Positions 1 to 11,100 are shown, numbered from the stretch's first letter. The stretch: 64,000 bases of DNA from Clostridiales bacterium (GCA_024690965.1 JAILOG010000016.1:204410-268409), one strand, 5' to 3'. Notes: generated from the sequence alone by a model not told the origin. Numbers and translations are program-made.

Positions 1-235
1 ACTCGGTGCAAAGCTGGGCGGCAAGTGTTTTGTTGTGCGCCAAAACGAGTGTAGGACGGTTAAGCTCATTTATAACATTTGCCATGGTAAATGTTTTTCC
101 CGAGCCTGTAATGCCAAGAAGCGTTTGCTCTCTGTTTCCGCTTTTTATGCTGTTTATAAGTGATCTTATCGCCTCGGGCTGGTCGCCTGTGGGCTTATAA
201 TCAGATCTTAAATCAAAGCGATTTATAGCAAACAC
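1..235 (-). CDS. uvrB: Excinuclease ABC subunit B, N-terminal part (gene continues past window start)
   Basis: Minus-strand translation reads (GTG)[77 protein letters not shown]. This is the canonical UvrB N-terminus with Walker A GSGKT. The GTG at 235 is preceded by GGAGG. The plus-strand ORF 6..200 in the track is its antisense artefact. Confidence 0.85.
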   Translation of the reverse strand, partial: MFAINRFDLRSDYKPTGDQPEAIRSLINSIKSGNREQTLLGITGSGKTFTMANVINELNRPTLVLAHNKTLAAQLCTE

Positions 236-365
236 CTCCGTTCACCCATTATAAGCTTATTTTATCATATTTTATCACATTTTTTCAGGAAAATAAAGGA
301 TTAATTTAAATATATCAAATAATATCAATATAAAAAGCGCGCCTCAGGAGGAAGCACGCCCTTAA

Positions 366-2429
366 TTATTCCGTTTGTGTGTCGGTATCGGTTGTTTGAT
401 TGATATTAAAATACGAATCCAATATATCTTTTGCGACAGCCATACTGTATTTGCCCTTGGCGCCGTGTTCGAGCACGACCGCTATCGCTATTTCGGGGTC
501 ATCATACGGCGCAAAGCAAATAAATGTCGCGTGGTCACTGCCTGCGTTTTCCGCTGTACCGGTTTTGGCTGCAATCGGGATCTTATAATCCCCGAACACC
601 GAATTTGCCGTACCGTTTTCGTCGGTTACGACCTTTCTCATAGCTTTTTTTATGGTGTTTATATTATTCTTCGATATCCCCGTTTCTTTGGCAACAATGG
701 GGTTATCCGCATCGTTTTCGTAGATTGTCTCTTTTCTGTCATAAGATGTAACACGGCTTACAAGGTGCGTTTTAAGCCTTGTTCCGTCATTTGCTATTGT
801 AGCGGCGTAAGTTGCAAGCTGTAACGGTGTAAAAGCGTTGTTTGACTGACCTATTGCGGCTTTTACGGTGTTTGCGTCATACCACACGTCGTTATCTCTG
901 CCTGCCAGTGTACCCGAGGATTCGTACATTTCAACGCCTGTTTTCTCACCAAGTCCGAAACGCTGAGCGTAAAGGTACATTGTTTCTATCCCCAACATTC
1001 TGCCAACATCGGCAAAATAATAGTTACAAGAATACGCCATAGCCTCAAACATATCAATAAGTCCGTGCGTACCCATACAATGGACAACATCCGATTTATA
1101 ATAGTCATATATGTGGGTGCATTTTATCTGTGTTGATGGCTGTATAATATTCTCCTCAAGCGCGGCAGCCGCAACACAGCATTTAAAAACGGAACCAGGC
1201 GCGTATAAGCCGTTGAAAGCACGGTTGAAAAGCGGCGTATGCTCATCGTTTACAAGCTTTGTATAATAGTTGTATTCACTGTATTTTTGTAAATCAAATG
1301 TGGGGTACGACGCTGCGGCAATAACGGAAAAATCTTTTACATTAAGTACAACCGCCGCACCGCTGAAGCAGTCTTCTCCGCTTCCGTCGCTGTCCATCGC
1401 TATTCCGTTCTCACGCGCGGCGGTAATATTCTCTTCCAGCGATTCATTAATCACCTGCTGAATTTGAGAATCAATAGTCAAATACACGGTATTCCCGGGT
1501 GAGGCTGTTTTGCTGTCATCGGATATAACAACAGAGCCGTCTGCGTTTATTGTCATAAGCTTTTGCCCCGGAGAGCCTTTAAGGTATTCCTCCATACCCG
1601 ATTCTATCCCGCTTTTTCCTATCGTGTCGTTATAGGAATATCCTTTATCTTTAAGCTGTTCGTATTCCTCCGCGCTTATAGAGCCTGCTTTGCCCACTAT
1701 ATGCGGCGCAACAGTGCCGCTTGGATTATATCTCTCATATGAAACGGATATTTTAACACCGTGTACTCCCTGTGTGCGCTCGGCTATAACCGCAAGGTCA
1801 CGCTCGTTTATGTTTTCGGCAACAGTATATGGGTTTGTCATACTGTAACCGCTTTTCTCCATTGCGTATCTTACACTTATTACGTCACGGCGCATTTGCT
1901 CTGTCATAACACCTATATCAAGAGAATATCTGAGTGTAAGAAGAGTCATACATTCGTCAGCGGATGTGTTGTCATTTACGTTAAGGATTTCGGGGCTTTT
2001 TAGTATTGATATTTCTTCCTCCTTGTCTGCTGAAAAATCATACGTGTCATTATAATATACAATCGGTAATATATCATTATACTCTACGTTTAATTCATTC
2101 AGTATTGTCAAAACTTTTTCGATGACTTCGTTTTCCCTGTTTTTTTCAACGTACATCTTATTAATCGTAAGATTATAAACGGGTTTGTTTATTGCCAGAG
2201 GGTTTCCGTCAACGTCAAGTATCTCTCCTCTTACCGCCTGTGTATCTACCGAATATGCAGCGGCGATATCCGATACCTGTTTATACTTATCACCTTGAAC
2301 TATTTGCCAAACAAAAAGCCGGGCAAAAAACACAGCAACAATAACAGCAGAAAGCGCAAAGCATAATGTAATTCTCAGTTTACTTACCGAACTGTTTGCA
2401 AGCATTTTTTCACCCGCCTTATTCTTCAT
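366..2429 (-). CDS. mrdA: Penicillin-binding protein 2 (elongation-specific transpeptidase)
   Basis: 687 aa with an N-terminal TM. Class B PBP motifs are present: SVFK (SxxK), SCN (SxN) and KTGTA (KTG). It lies directly downstream of mreBCD. An alternative start (MLANSS, near 2405) has the better SD AAGGCGGG. Confidence 0.88.
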   Translation of the reverse strand: MKNKAGEKMLANSSVSKLRITLCFALSAVIVAVFFARLFVWQIVQGDKYKQVSDIAAAYSVDTQAVRGEILDVDGNPLAINKPVYNLTINKMYVEKNRENEVIEKVLTILNELNVEYNDILPIVYYNDTYDFSADKEEEISILKSPEILNVNDNTSADECMTLLTLRYSLDIGVMTEQMRRDVISVRYAMEKSGYSMTNPYTVAENINERDLAVIAERTQGVHGVKISVSYERYNPSGTVAPHIVGKAGSISAEEYEQLKDKGYSYNDTIGKSGIESGMEEYLKGSPGQKLMTINADGSVVISDDSKTASPGNTVYLTIDSQIQQVINESLEENITAARENGIAMDSDGSGEDCFSGAAVVLNVKDFSVIAAASYPTFDLQKYSEYNYYTKLVNDEHTPLFNRAFNGLYAPGSVFKCCVAAAALEENIIQPSTQIKCTHIYDYYKSDVVHCMGTHGLIDMFEAMAYSCNYYFADVGRMLGIETMYLYAQRFGLGEKTGVEMYESSGTLAGRDNDVWYDANTVKAAIGQSNNAFTPLQLATYAATIANDGTRLKTHLVSRVTSYDRKETIYENDADNPIVAKETGISKNNINTIKKAMRKVVTDENGTANSVFGDYKIPIAAKTGTAENAGSDHATFICFAPYDDPEIAIAVVLEHGAKGKYSMAVAKDILDSYFNINQTTDTDTQTE

Positions 2430-2432
2430 TCT

Positions 2433-2927
2433 TTAGTCTTCAACCGGCTGTTTTTTCATAATCATACAGGCGATAACACAAAACAGCCATGTGTATAATC
2501 CCCTTAACAAGCCATGATTTACAAATTGTTCAAAGCTTATGTTTATGCCGTTCTGAACACTGAAACAAATAAGCACGCCCAAGCAAGCTAATACCGAATA
2601 ACCTACTGCAGTTATAACCGCGAACAACGCACCCGAATCAAAATAATTTGACGATCTGTTGATCAAAAAGCACATTGCGGTAAGCAATATCGCATATGGT
2701 CCGATAACTGAACCTAAGGTTATTTCTGAAAGCACCCCCGACACAGCCGCAGTTATCAAAGCAAAATTCACATTGTCATACACTGCCACACCGTACGCAA
2801 GCGCACACGTAAGCAGGGGAGTCATACCGATAATACCGAAAAGCATACCGTGAGTATTTTGCAAAGAAAAGCACAGCAGATCTGCGATTATATACAAGAA
2901 TAGCCTTAAATACTTTTTTCCGTTCAT
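2433..2927 (-). CDS. mreD: Rod shape-determining protein MreD
   Basis: 164 aa polytopic membrane protein, positioned between mreC and PBP2. SD GGAG sits upstream of the ATG. Confidence 0.7.
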   Translation of the reverse strand: MNGKKYLRLFLYIIADLLCFSLQNTHGMLFGIIGMTPLLTCALAYGVAVYDNVNFALITAAVSGVLSEITLGSVIGPYAILLTAMCFLINRSSNYFDSGALFAVITAVGYSVLACLGVLICFSVQNGINISFEQFVNHGLLRGLYTWLFCVIACMIMKKQPVED

Positions 2928-2947
2928 AAATTCTCCGCCACAGTTTT

Positions 2948-3763
2948 TTACTGACTTATTATATCTGTTATTATAACAGCCTCGTTTGTATTGGCTATAT
3001 CTTCATAAGGCGTTACAACAGCGTATTTGTAAGTGTCGAACTCATCAAATTTAACATCAGATACAACGCCTACACGCAAATTCGCGGGAAAAACCCCGCC
3101 AATTCCGGAGGTAACTATTATATCGCCTTTTGCAATATCGGAATTTTCATTGAGCATTGTCATAACAGCCTGACCGCTTTGGGCGCATTTGTCGGAGGAA
3201 GTCAAAATACCTGTATCCGATGTGCGTTTGTTGATGACGCTTATTGTTGTGGTTTCGGAAAGAATAGTTGTAACGGTACAGCTTGTGATATCAGCCTCAC
3301 TCACCCATCCTACAAGACCTTTTTCCGTAAGCACGGGATTATTTACCTTTATACCCGATGTAATACCTTTATTTAAGGTAAACATTTTTGATCCCGAAAG
3401 TTCGTCTTTGGCAATAACGGAAGCGGTTATAAGCTGATATTCCGCGTTTTCGGATCTTATATTATAGTACTTCTTGAACTGTTCATTTTCTTTTTGAATA
3501 TCGTAATAGTTTACAAGCTGTTCCTGCAAAGAGTTTATTTGTTCTTGAAGAAGGGCATTCTCCTGCGCAAGCTCAGGGGCGCTCTTTTCGGGCTGCATAG
3601 ATTGCGCTGCCCCGTTTGTGAGTTGTCTAATGGGATATGTAACGGTATTTATTACAGATGTTGCAAAAGAAGAACCGACAGCCGCGCTGATTATCCACGC
3701 GCCTATCAAAACAAAAAGTATTCCCGCAAACATTCTTGCGCCTTTAAATCTTAATACATTCAT
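2948..3763 (-). CDS. mreC: Rod shape-determining protein MreC
   Basis: N-terminal TM, then a coiled-coil (LLQEQINSLQEQLVNYYDIQKENEQFKKYY), then a beta-rich C-domain. Follows mreB. Confidence 0.85.
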   Translation of the reverse strand: MNVLRFKGARMFAGILFVLIGAWIISAAVGSSFATSVINTVTYPIRQLTNGAAQSMQPEKSAPELAQENALLQEQINSLQEQLVNYYDIQKENEQFKKYYNIRSENAEYQLITASVIAKDELSGSKMFTLNKGITSGIKVNNPVLTEKGLVGWVSEADITSCTVTTILSETTTISVINKRTSDTGILTSSDKCAQSGQAVMTMLNENSDIAKGDIIVTSGIGGVFPANLRVGVVSDVKFDEFDTYKYAVVTPYEDIANTNEAVIITDIISQ

Positions 3764-3835
3764 ATAAGCAGAGCGTGTATCGGAATATAAATCAACGATA
3801 CACGCGTCCTCCGTTTCGGATAAGATAAGAATTAA

Positions 3836-4852
3836 TTATTTTCTTCTGTTTTTATAATACGCGGATTCCATATTTCCGCGGTCAAGACGTTTTCCTGCCC
3901 CCAGCGCAACACAGTCGAGTGGTTGCTCGGCAACAAATACAGGCATTTGAGTTTCAATTGATATAAGCTTGTCCAGATTGCGGATAAGAGCTCCGCCGCC
4001 TGTTAAAACTATACCGTGGTCATAAATATCAGCCGAAAGCTCGGGGGGAGTTTTTTCAAGGGTGTTTTTAACGGCTTCTACTATCATTTTTATGCAGTCG
4101 GACATTGCCTCCCTGATTTCCGCGGAATTAACTGTAATATCTTTCGGAAGTCCGTCTATAAGGTTTCTGCCCTTAACGAGCATTTCGCCCTCGTTTTCAT
4201 AAGGATACGCGGAGCCGATGGCTATTTTGATATCCTCTGCGGTACGCTCGCCTATAAGCAGATCGTAACGTTTTTTGATGTGTGTGATTATAGCTTCGTC
4301 AAGCTTATCGCCCGCACATCTTACGGAACATGACGTGACTATATCCCCCAAAGAAATGACCGCGACCTCAGACGTTCCGCCGCCGATATCAACCACCATA
4401 TTACCAACAGGCTCGTCCACGGGCATACCCGCGCCTATCGCAGCCGCCATAGGCTCTTCAATGGAAATGAAATCCTTGGGTCTTACACCTGCCTGTATAG
4501 CGGCCTGAGCGACAGCGTTTCTTTCAACCTCGGTAACACCCGAAGGAACGCATATTACAACCTTAGGTCTGCTGAACATACCGATTTTAGTAGATTTTCT
4601 TATAAAGTGCTTAAGCATTGTAGCAGTTATGTCAAAGTTAGCGATAACGCCGTCTTTAAGAGGACGAACCGCAACAATTGAATCGGGCGTTCTGCCTATC
4701 ATCTCTTTTGCCTGCGCGCCTACGGCAAGCACTGTGTCGTCTCTCAAATCAACCGCGACAACGGACGGCTCGCGCATTACAACGCCTTTTCCTTTCATAT
4801 ATACCAAGGTATTTGCGGTGCCTAAATCTATACTGATATCTTTAGCAAACAT
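3836..4852 (-). CDS. mreB: Rod shape-determining actin homolog MreB
   Basis: [18 protein letters not shown]... with actin-fold phosphate motifs (DIGGGTSEV). 338 aa. SD AAGGA 6 nt before the ATG. Confidence 0.95.
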   Translation of the reverse strand: MFAKDISIDLGTANTLVYMKGKGVVMREPSVVAVDLRDDTVLAVGAQAKEMIGRTPDSIVAVRPLKDGVIANFDITATMLKHFIRKSTKIGMFSRPKVVICVPSGVTEVERNAVAQAAIQAGVRPKDFISIEEPMAAAIGAGMPVDEPVGNMVVDIGGGTSEVAVISLGDIVTSCSVRCAGDKLDEAIITHIKKRYDLLIGERTAEDIKIAIGSAYPYENEGEMLVKGRNLIDGLPKDITVNSAEIREAMSDCIKMIVEAVKNTLEKTPPELSADIYDHGIVLTGGGALIRNLDKLISIETQMPVFVAEQPLDCVALGAGKRLDRGNMESAYYKNRRK

Positions 4853-4970
4853 AATATCAAATCCTTATTTTAAGACCGATTTACGGTCTTATATTCCCTT
4901 TCGTTGAAAATTGACAAGCTTATTATACTATAAAATAATATCTTAATACGTCGAATACGGCAATTACTAT

Positions 4971-6431
4971 TCAATACTTATTTGTTTTGAGGATATCGTC
5001 TATTACCTCTCGCTCGTCAAGATGATATTTTACACCTTTTATCTCCTGATAATCCTCATGCCCCTTGCCCGCAAGCACTATAATATCTCCTTTTTGCGCT
5101 GTATCAAGGCAATACTTAATTGCTTCCCGACGGTTGGGAACAACAACATATTCCCCATCGGTTTTTTTCATACCTACAAGTATATCGTTAATTATATCGT
5201 TAACATCTTCATAGCGTGAGTTATCCTCGGTGATAACAGATAAATCAGACAATCTGCCCGATGTCTCACCCATTTCATATCGTCTTACCTTAGGACGGTT
5301 TCCGCCTGCCCCGAACATTGTTATTATTCTGTGGGGATTATACTGTCTAAGTGTGGTAAGAACATTTTCCATGCTTATGGCGTTATGGGCATAGTCAATA
5401 AGAACGCTGAATTTATCGCTTACCTTAACGGGCTCTACCCTGCCTTTTACCTTGAACTTACGCAAGCCGTTTATGATATTCTCGTTTGTGATATCAAAAT
5501 GCCTGCATACGCTTATTGCCGCCAGTGCGTTATACGCGTTAAATTTTCCGGGTACGGCAACATCTGCACTAAGATGGAGGCTTCCCTGTGTATCTATATG
5601 TATTCCGATAAAGCCCGCGTCATTAATAAGCTCTGAATTTACACAGCGTAGATCGGCTTTTTCGGAAAATCCGAAGCTTTCAACAGGGCATTTCGCAAGT
5701 GACTTTATCTGCTCAAATTTTTCATCGTCTGCGTTTGCACATCCGATTTTACACTGAGAAAACAGCATTGCCTTGCAATCAAAATATTCTTCCAGAGATT
5801 CGTGTTCAACACCGCCAATATGGTCGTGAGAGAAGTTTGTAAACACGCCGAAATCAAACACAACTCCGTCTGTACGGTGCCATTTAAATCCAAGGCTTGA
5901 GGCTTCTATTACAACAGCCTTGTAACCGCTGTTAACCATGAGGCGCATTGCTTCTTGAATTTCGTATGATTCGGGCGTTGTGTTATTTGTGGATATTATT
6001 CTGTCGTCAAGAACGATGCCTAATGTGCCTATTGTCGCGGTTTTAATGCCGCCTTCCTCTAAAATATATCTTATCATTGCGGCTGTGGTGGTTTTTCCCT
6101 TTGTGCCGGTTATAGCGACTGTTTTAAGTGACTTTGCAGGATAATCAAAATATGCGCAAGACATATAGGCAAGGGCTTTTCTGGTATCGTCAACTATTAT
6201 AAGGGTACAGTTATCACCGCACTCCACCTCGTGCTCGGCAATAATTGCCGCAGCTCCTGCTTTACTTGCTTCCAAAGCTTTTGTATGGCTGTCAAAAGAC
6301 GAGCCCTTTAAACAAACAAAAACGCTGCCTTTTTCAACTTTGCGAGAATCATATATCAGCGATGCAATCTCAACATCCTGCCCTTTTACGGTCTTATATT
6401 CAATATCTGCCAAAAGCTGTGATAAAAGCAT
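4971..6431 (-). CDS. murE: Mur ligase family protein, MurE-like UDP-MurNAc-L-Ala-D-Glu:diamino acid ligase
   Basis: P-loop AITGTKGKTTTA, DYAHN motif and Mur ligase C-domain (GAGGNRP). 486 aa. It sits beside mreB rather than in a dcw cluster, so paralog status cannot be excluded. SD GAGAGGA. Confidence 0.78.
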   Translation of the reverse strand: MLLSQLLADIEYKTVKGQDVEIASLIYDSRKVEKGSVFVCLKGSSFDSHTKALEASKAGAAAIIAEHEVECGDNCTLIIVDDTRKALAYMSCAYFDYPAKSLKTVAITGTKGKTTTAAMIRYILEEGGIKTATIGTLGIVLDDRIISTNNTTPESYEIQEAMRLMVNSGYKAVVIEASSLGFKWHRTDGVVFDFGVFTNFSHDHIGGVEHESLEEYFDCKAMLFSQCKIGCANADDEKFEQIKSLAKCPVESFGFSEKADLRCVNSELINDAGFIGIHIDTQGSLHLSADVAVPGKFNAYNALAAISVCRHFDITNENIINGLRKFKVKGRVEPVKVSDKFSVLIDYAHNAISMENVLTTLRQYNPHRIITMFGAGGNRPKVRRYEMGETSGRLSDLSVITEDNSRYEDVNDIINDILVGMKKTDGEYVVVPNRREAIKYCLDTAQKGDIIVLAGKGHEDYQEIKGVKYHLDEREVIDDILKTNKY

Positions 6432-6580
6432 ATTATTATCCTCTCAAATTTAATAGATGTTTCCTCAAACGCCATTATATTATACATCACATTATATTAT
6501 TACGCAACGGAAATAATAATTTTTTTCATAAAAATACCGCCCGGGATAATCCCGAGCGGTAAATTTATTAATTTGCATTA

Positions 6581-9500
6581 TCAAAATACAGCAAGCTTTG
6601 CAAGGAATCTTTGAATGAGAACAACGTCCTCAAGATTTACCTGACCGTCAAGTGTAACGTCTGCCGCTGCTTCGCCGCCTATATCAAACTCTGCAAGGTT
6701 TGCAAGTACTCTTTGGATAAGAACGATGTCTTCCATATTTACGGTGCCGTTTAAGTCGGCGTCGCCCAAGAATACTATCTCAGCTCTGTTACGAACACGC
6801 AATCTGTGGAGATACTCCTCTGCGCCTTCCGTATCAACAGTTATAGACGCAAGACCTATTGCGCTTATCGGCATACCTACGGCTATGTTGTCAAGACCTG
6901 TGTAGTCTGACATAATGTAACCGTCGATAAATACTCTTGCTTCGTCTCCGTTAGCGTCTTTTACCATAATGGTTTCAAGAGCTCCGTCCGAAGAATAGTG
7001 AAGGCTGCTTACTACGCCCTTAATCTTAAGCAATGAACCGAGTTTTTCGTTGCTCATTGCGTCTTTGTTTGAAACAAGCTCAGGCTCTATTGGGTTAATG
7101 CTTTCGTTGATAAGCTCGATCTTAGATACCTTAAGCTCTCTCTCGCCGTTGTAGCTCGATGTAACGCCTGTTACACGAACCTTTTGACCTATACGGAAGT
7201 TTCCGTCAACAGGGAACAGGTTGATACCCGCTGTTTCGTCCTGTGCATAGATACAGTCAAAGAAAGCTGTGTCTTTATCAAAGCCCGACGCGTTTGAAGT
7301 TACTATACCTTCAATAGTGAATTTAAGTCCTTCATCAGCAGCCTGAACGTCTGCTATCTTTGTGATTGTGGGTTCCGGAACTATCATATCAATTATATTC
7401 ATAACCATCTGATAGTTTGAGTTTTGAAGTGTGAATATGTTATCCATATCTATCTTAACTTCAAATGTTGAGAAGAATGTAACGCCGCTGATGAGGCACC
7501 AGCCGCCGCCGGGCAACGTTTCACTTGCCATAACGGCAACATCACCCATTTCTACGGTTACCTTGTCTGCATCGTAGTTAGGTATATATTTGCTGTCTGT
7601 AAAGTTAGCTGTAAAGCTTGCGCCCCAAGTTGTATCGTAGCCTTTAACAACAGGGCTTGCGTTTGAGCCAACCAAAACAGGCGCGCCGTTGTAGCAGCTG
7701 AAGCTGTTGTTTGTTGTTTCGGCAATTTTAGCTGCAAACGGGTTGTCGTAGTTGTAGTTCTCTGAGTCTGTGAAATAGAGACGGAAAGCTTCGTTAGCCT
7801 TTTTATCGTTGTCAACAACTATACCCTCAACTATTCTTGATGTAGCGCCTATAGCTTCAAGAATACCGTTGGTAATTGTGCTTGCCTTTTGTTCTTCGAT
7901 AAGTCCGCCGCCGTCCTGACCTGTAACAGTCGGGTTACCTCTGTCAGACTTAGAGCAAACTATAAGGTTACCGCCGTTATCGGCATACTTTTTGAGAGCT
8001 TCAAGCTCATCTTTGCTGTAAAGCGCATCTGCAACAGATACATTGTAGCTCTTGAAAGGTACAGTAAGAATATAGATCGCGAAATCTTTGATCTTATCAT
8101 ATGTGATTTCATCTTTTACATAATTTGCTCTTATGCCGTGCTCAGCGAACAGTTGGATCATAGCAGCGTCTGAGCCCGCGTAGTTACCGCTGATATAGAA
8201 GTTTGCGTGGCCGTAGTCGATACCGACATTGATAACCTCGCTCGGATCAAGAACATCTATATCAAGATTGTAAGTGAATACATAAGGAACGCCGTCAAGC
8301 TTAGCATTAACCGTAACAGTTACTGTCTGTTTGCCGAGTTTTGAAGGAGCGATATCCGCAGTGTATTTTTTCTCTTCGCCTGTAGGAACGGAATCAAGGC
8401 CCGATTCAACAGCCTTTACCTGTTCACCGTCTATTGTATAAATCATACTCTCAAGGTTAAGAGCTGCGGATTCATAGTTGAACATTGTTGTGGTGAATGT
8501 AAGAGGCTCGCCCTTAACAGCTATAACGCTGCTTGTTTCAACACTTGTTATACCTATTTTAAGAACATCTCTTGTCCATACGGGAGCAGTAACGCAAATG
8601 TCGCCGTCCTCTTGAACTATCTTAATGAAATAGTAAGAATAGTTGTTGTCAAGTGTAATATCAATGTTTCCGCTGTTTGAAGTAATCTTTGTGTTGTAAA
8701 CTTCAACACCGCCGTTTGCGATAACGGAAACAGAACCGATGTTTTCGTTGTCGGGATCGGCTATATCGGCAACAATGTGTACTTTTTCGCCGACATCGCT
8801 GAGTATTGAACCCATGATATTGTCATTCAAATAGTAGTAAATCTCAAGGTTCTGGTCTTCAGTTGAGAATACTCTCATAGCCTTAAGAGCATCATATAAG
8901 CCCTGCTCTGTAAAGTCATCGGTAATTATACATGAACGTGCGGTGTTCGCGTTACCCCAAACGCCCTTGTGGTTATCCTGGTTGTTTGTAGGAGCAACGT
9001 GCCAGCCCTTATCAAGAGCCAGTGTGTAATACTCATAGCTTGGGAAGTAAGACGAACTGCCTATGGCGCCTTCACCGTTACCAACCTCTACAAGAGTAAT
9101 TCTTTCATCTATCTGAGGATCCCAATATGCAAAGTCTGCAAATGTACCGAATGTAGTACCGGGGTGGTTAAACTGGGATACTGTATCCGGATGATCCTTA
9201 AGAAGCTGATAATAAAGCTGCATACCCGCGTCTGAAGCTTTATTGTTAAGATCCGTGTTATTTCTTGATACAAAGCCTACTGTGTTATATGTGTTGATAT
9301 GTCCCGGGCCGCCGGACCATGTCATTTCGTAGCCGTATACGAACAACTTATCAGTTTTCGCATTGTATTCGACCGTGGTAGCCTTAGCTTCTGCCCACTT
9401 GCCGTTACCGCTGCTTGCGTCGTCCATAGTACCGAGCTGATCCTTGCTGTCGAGGTAGTTGGAGTGGTCTGTTACCGCAAGGAAGTCTACGTTTTCATAC

Positions 9501-10900
9501 TCGTCGAGACCCATGACGTGCTCATAAGCGTCTTCAAGTGTGCCTGCGCCGTCTGAATACTCGGCTGTATGTGAGTGGAGCTGACCTGCGTAAATAACAA
9601 ACTTAGACTCGCCTATTGTAAATGACCAGTTATAAGTAGCTGATTCGCCGTCTGAACGCTTAACAACCGCGGTTACCTTAACTTTGCCGTCTTCCATTTT
9701 AGAAGCAGGCTTATATGTAGCCGTGTTACCGGATACGATAGCCTTAACGCTCTCGCCGTTTACTGTAAGCTCTACTGTGGGGTTTGTACCCGCATTTTCA
9801 AAGTTTACGGTAATTGTAGGCTGTTTGTCGCTGCCTGTCGCAGAGTTCGCGGCAGGAGTTACGGAAGTGATTCTCGGAACGTCTGTAACAGCTATGGCGC
9901 CTTTTTCTGTTGTTTCGTTACCTGCGGCGTCTTTTGCAACAAATGAAAGATTTATTGTCTTGTTGCCTGCTGTTATGCTGTTGCCGGGAATAGTTGCCTC
10001 ATATTTGTCGGCAAGGTTACCCTTTGTCATATCAAGAGTACCTGTTGTGTTACCGATCTTATATGTCATTTTAACACTCTCAACACCAACGTTATCCGCA
10101 ACGGTAATAGATACTGTATAATCCTGACCTACGGAAGCTGAAGAAAACTCGGGTAATGTGATAACCGGGCCCTTTGTATCGTTGGTTACAACATAGTCCT
10201 TAGAGCTTCCTACACGGAGCTGATGAGTTTCTTTATAAGCAGAAGCGCAAGCATAAAGGGTAACTTTTTCGCCTTCTGCAACGCCTGCAGGATAAGAAGC
10301 GGCGCGGTATATATTCATTGTCTTGCCGTTTTTATCCGTAACAACAGTGTTTCCGCCGTTGGTATCTTTATCGGCAGCATATGCCCCCAAAGTAACGTCC
10401 TTAATCTTAACCCAAGATGAAAGACTGTAATCGCTTTCAAGAGCGTCAAAAGAATCATACTCAAGTGCGGGTATGCAATCTATCTCTCCTGCAGACTTTA
10501 CTACTGAGCTTTCGGTGATTGACTGCATTTGAGGGATACCCTGATATGTAGTTTTCTGACCTGTTAGTTTTACAACGTCACCGATAGCAAAGCTTTCAAG
10601 TGAGTTGTAAAGCTGCAGCGCTACTACCTTACCGTCTATAACGTCTTCAATGATAGCGCTGTTTGTGTTGTCAAAGTTGCCGAATCTGTAAACCAGCTGG
10701 CCCAAAACAGTGATAGTATCATTATCGTTAGCGGCGATAACGTCTTTGATGGAAACAACGCCTTCGGAAAAATCGCTGTCGCTGATAGGGTCAACCGTAT
10801 TTGCCGATACGGTAACTACGCTTGCGCAAACGGTCATTGACATTGTCAGCAATGCCGCCAAAATAACCGATAACAAGCGTTTGCAATGATTTTTTGCCAT
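6581..10900 (-). CDS. Secreted 1439-aa dockerin-bearing multidomain protein. Carries N-terminal OB-fold-like repeats, a PHP-family metal-dependent phosphoesterase-like domain, Ig-like domains, a C-terminal OB-fold-like domain and a type-I dockerin
   Basis: True start is MAKNH at 10900 (AAAGGAG 9 nt upstream), not the track's 10960. Signal peptide LLTMSMTVCASVVTVSA. PHP-like motif QLHSHTAEYSDGAGT...AVTDHSNY...NHPG. OB-fold-like blocks (KFTIEGIVTS...FFDCIYAQDETAGINLF...VRVTGVTSSYNGERELKV). C-terminal dockerin duplicated segment (DADLNGTVNMEDIVLIQRVLA / DVTLDGQVNLEDVVLIQRFLA). Confidence 0.8.
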   Translation of the reverse strand: MAKNHCKRLLSVILAALLTMSMTVCASVVTVSANTVDPISDSDFSEGVVSIKDVIAANDNDTITVLGQLVYRFGNFDNTNSAIIEDVIDGKVVALQLYNSLESFAIGDVVKLTGQKTTYQGIPQMQSITESSVVKSAGEIDCIPALEYDSFDALESDYSLSSWVKIKDVTLGAYAADKDTNGGNTVVTDKNGKTMNIYRAASYPAGVAEGEKVTLYACASAYKETHQLRVGSSKDYVVTNDTKGPVITLPEFSSASVGQDYTVSITVADNVGVESVKMTYKIGNTTGTLDMTKGNLADKYEATIPGNSITAGNKTINLSFVAKDAAGNETTEKGAIAVTDVPRITSVTPAANSATGSDKQPTITVNFENAGTNPTVELTVNGESVKAIVSGNTATYKPASKMEDGKVKVTAVVKRSDGESATYNWSFTIGESKFVIYAGQLHSHTAEYSDGAGTLEDAYEHVMGLDEYENVDFLAVTDHSNYLDSKDQLGTMDDASSGNGKWAEAKATTVEYNAKTDKLFVYGYEMTWSGGPGHINTYNTVGFVSRNNTDLNNKASDAGMQLYYQLLKDHPDTVSQFNHPGTTFGTFADFAYWDPQIDERITLVEVGNGEGAIGSSSYFPSYEYYTLALDKGWHVAPTNNQDNHKGVWGNANTARSCIITDDFTEQGLYDALKAMRVFSTEDQNLEIYYYLNDNIMGSILSDVGEKVHIVADIADPDNENIGSVSVIANGGVEVYNTKITSNSGNIDITLDNNYSYYFIKIVQEDGDICVTAPVWTRDVLKIGITSVETSSVIAVKGEPLTFTTTMFNYESAALNLESMIYTIDGEQVKAVESGLDSVPTGEEKKYTADIAPSKLGKQTVTVTVNAKLDGVPYVFTYNLDIDVLDPSEVINVGIDYGHANFYISGNYAGSDAAMIQLFAEHGIRANYVKDEITYDKIKDFAIYILTVPFKSYNVSVADALYSKDELEALKKYADNGGNLIVCSKSDRGNPTVTGQDGGGLIEEQKASTITNGILEAIGATSRIVEGIVVDNDKKANEAFRLYFTDSENYNYDNPFAAKIAETTNNSFSCYNGAPVLVGSNASPVVKGYDTTWGASFTANFTDSKYIPNYDADKVTVEMGDVAVMASETLPGGGWCLISGVTFFSTFEVKIDMDNIFTLQNSNYQMVMNIIDMIVPEPTITKIADVQAADEGLKFTIEGIVTSNASGFDKDTAFFDCIYAQDETAGINLFPVDGNFRIGQKVRVTGVTSSYNGERELKVSKIELINESINPIEPELVSNKDAMSNEKLGSLLKIKGVVSSLHYSSDGALETIMVKDANGDEARVFIDGYIMSDYTGLDNIAVGMPISAIGLASITVDTEGAEEYLHRLRVRNRAEIVFLGDADLNGTVNMEDIVLIQRVLANLAEFDIGGEAAADVTLDGQVNLEDVVLIQRFLAKLAVF

Positions 10901-11100
10901 AGTTTTATTACTCCTTTGTAATGAATTTTTTAAGGCCCAAAAAGAACCCCGTCTTAACAAAGTAAGACATTTTAATACAATTTACATTGCCCGAATATTA
11001 TAACATATAAAAGTATATTTGTCATCAATAAATTATAAGTTTGTATAATATGTACATCTAATTAAATGTTATTTTGTACATAATAACCATATAATTATTC

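Noticed and set aside
6-200. Plus-strand 64-aa ORF at the window start
   Set aside because: The opposite strand encodes an unmistakable UvrB N-terminus (GSGKT Walker A, GDQP motif) with SD plus GTG start. The plus ORF is its antisense shadow.
236-365. LexA/Cheo box upstream of uvrB
   Set aside because: No GAAC-N4-GTTC-type palindrome found in the promoter region.
4873-4891. Hairpin aagaccgatttacggtctt 20 nt upstream of mreB
   Set aside because: 7-bp stem with no U-tract on either strand. Possibly a weak attenuator or processing site, but there is not enough evidence to call it a feature.
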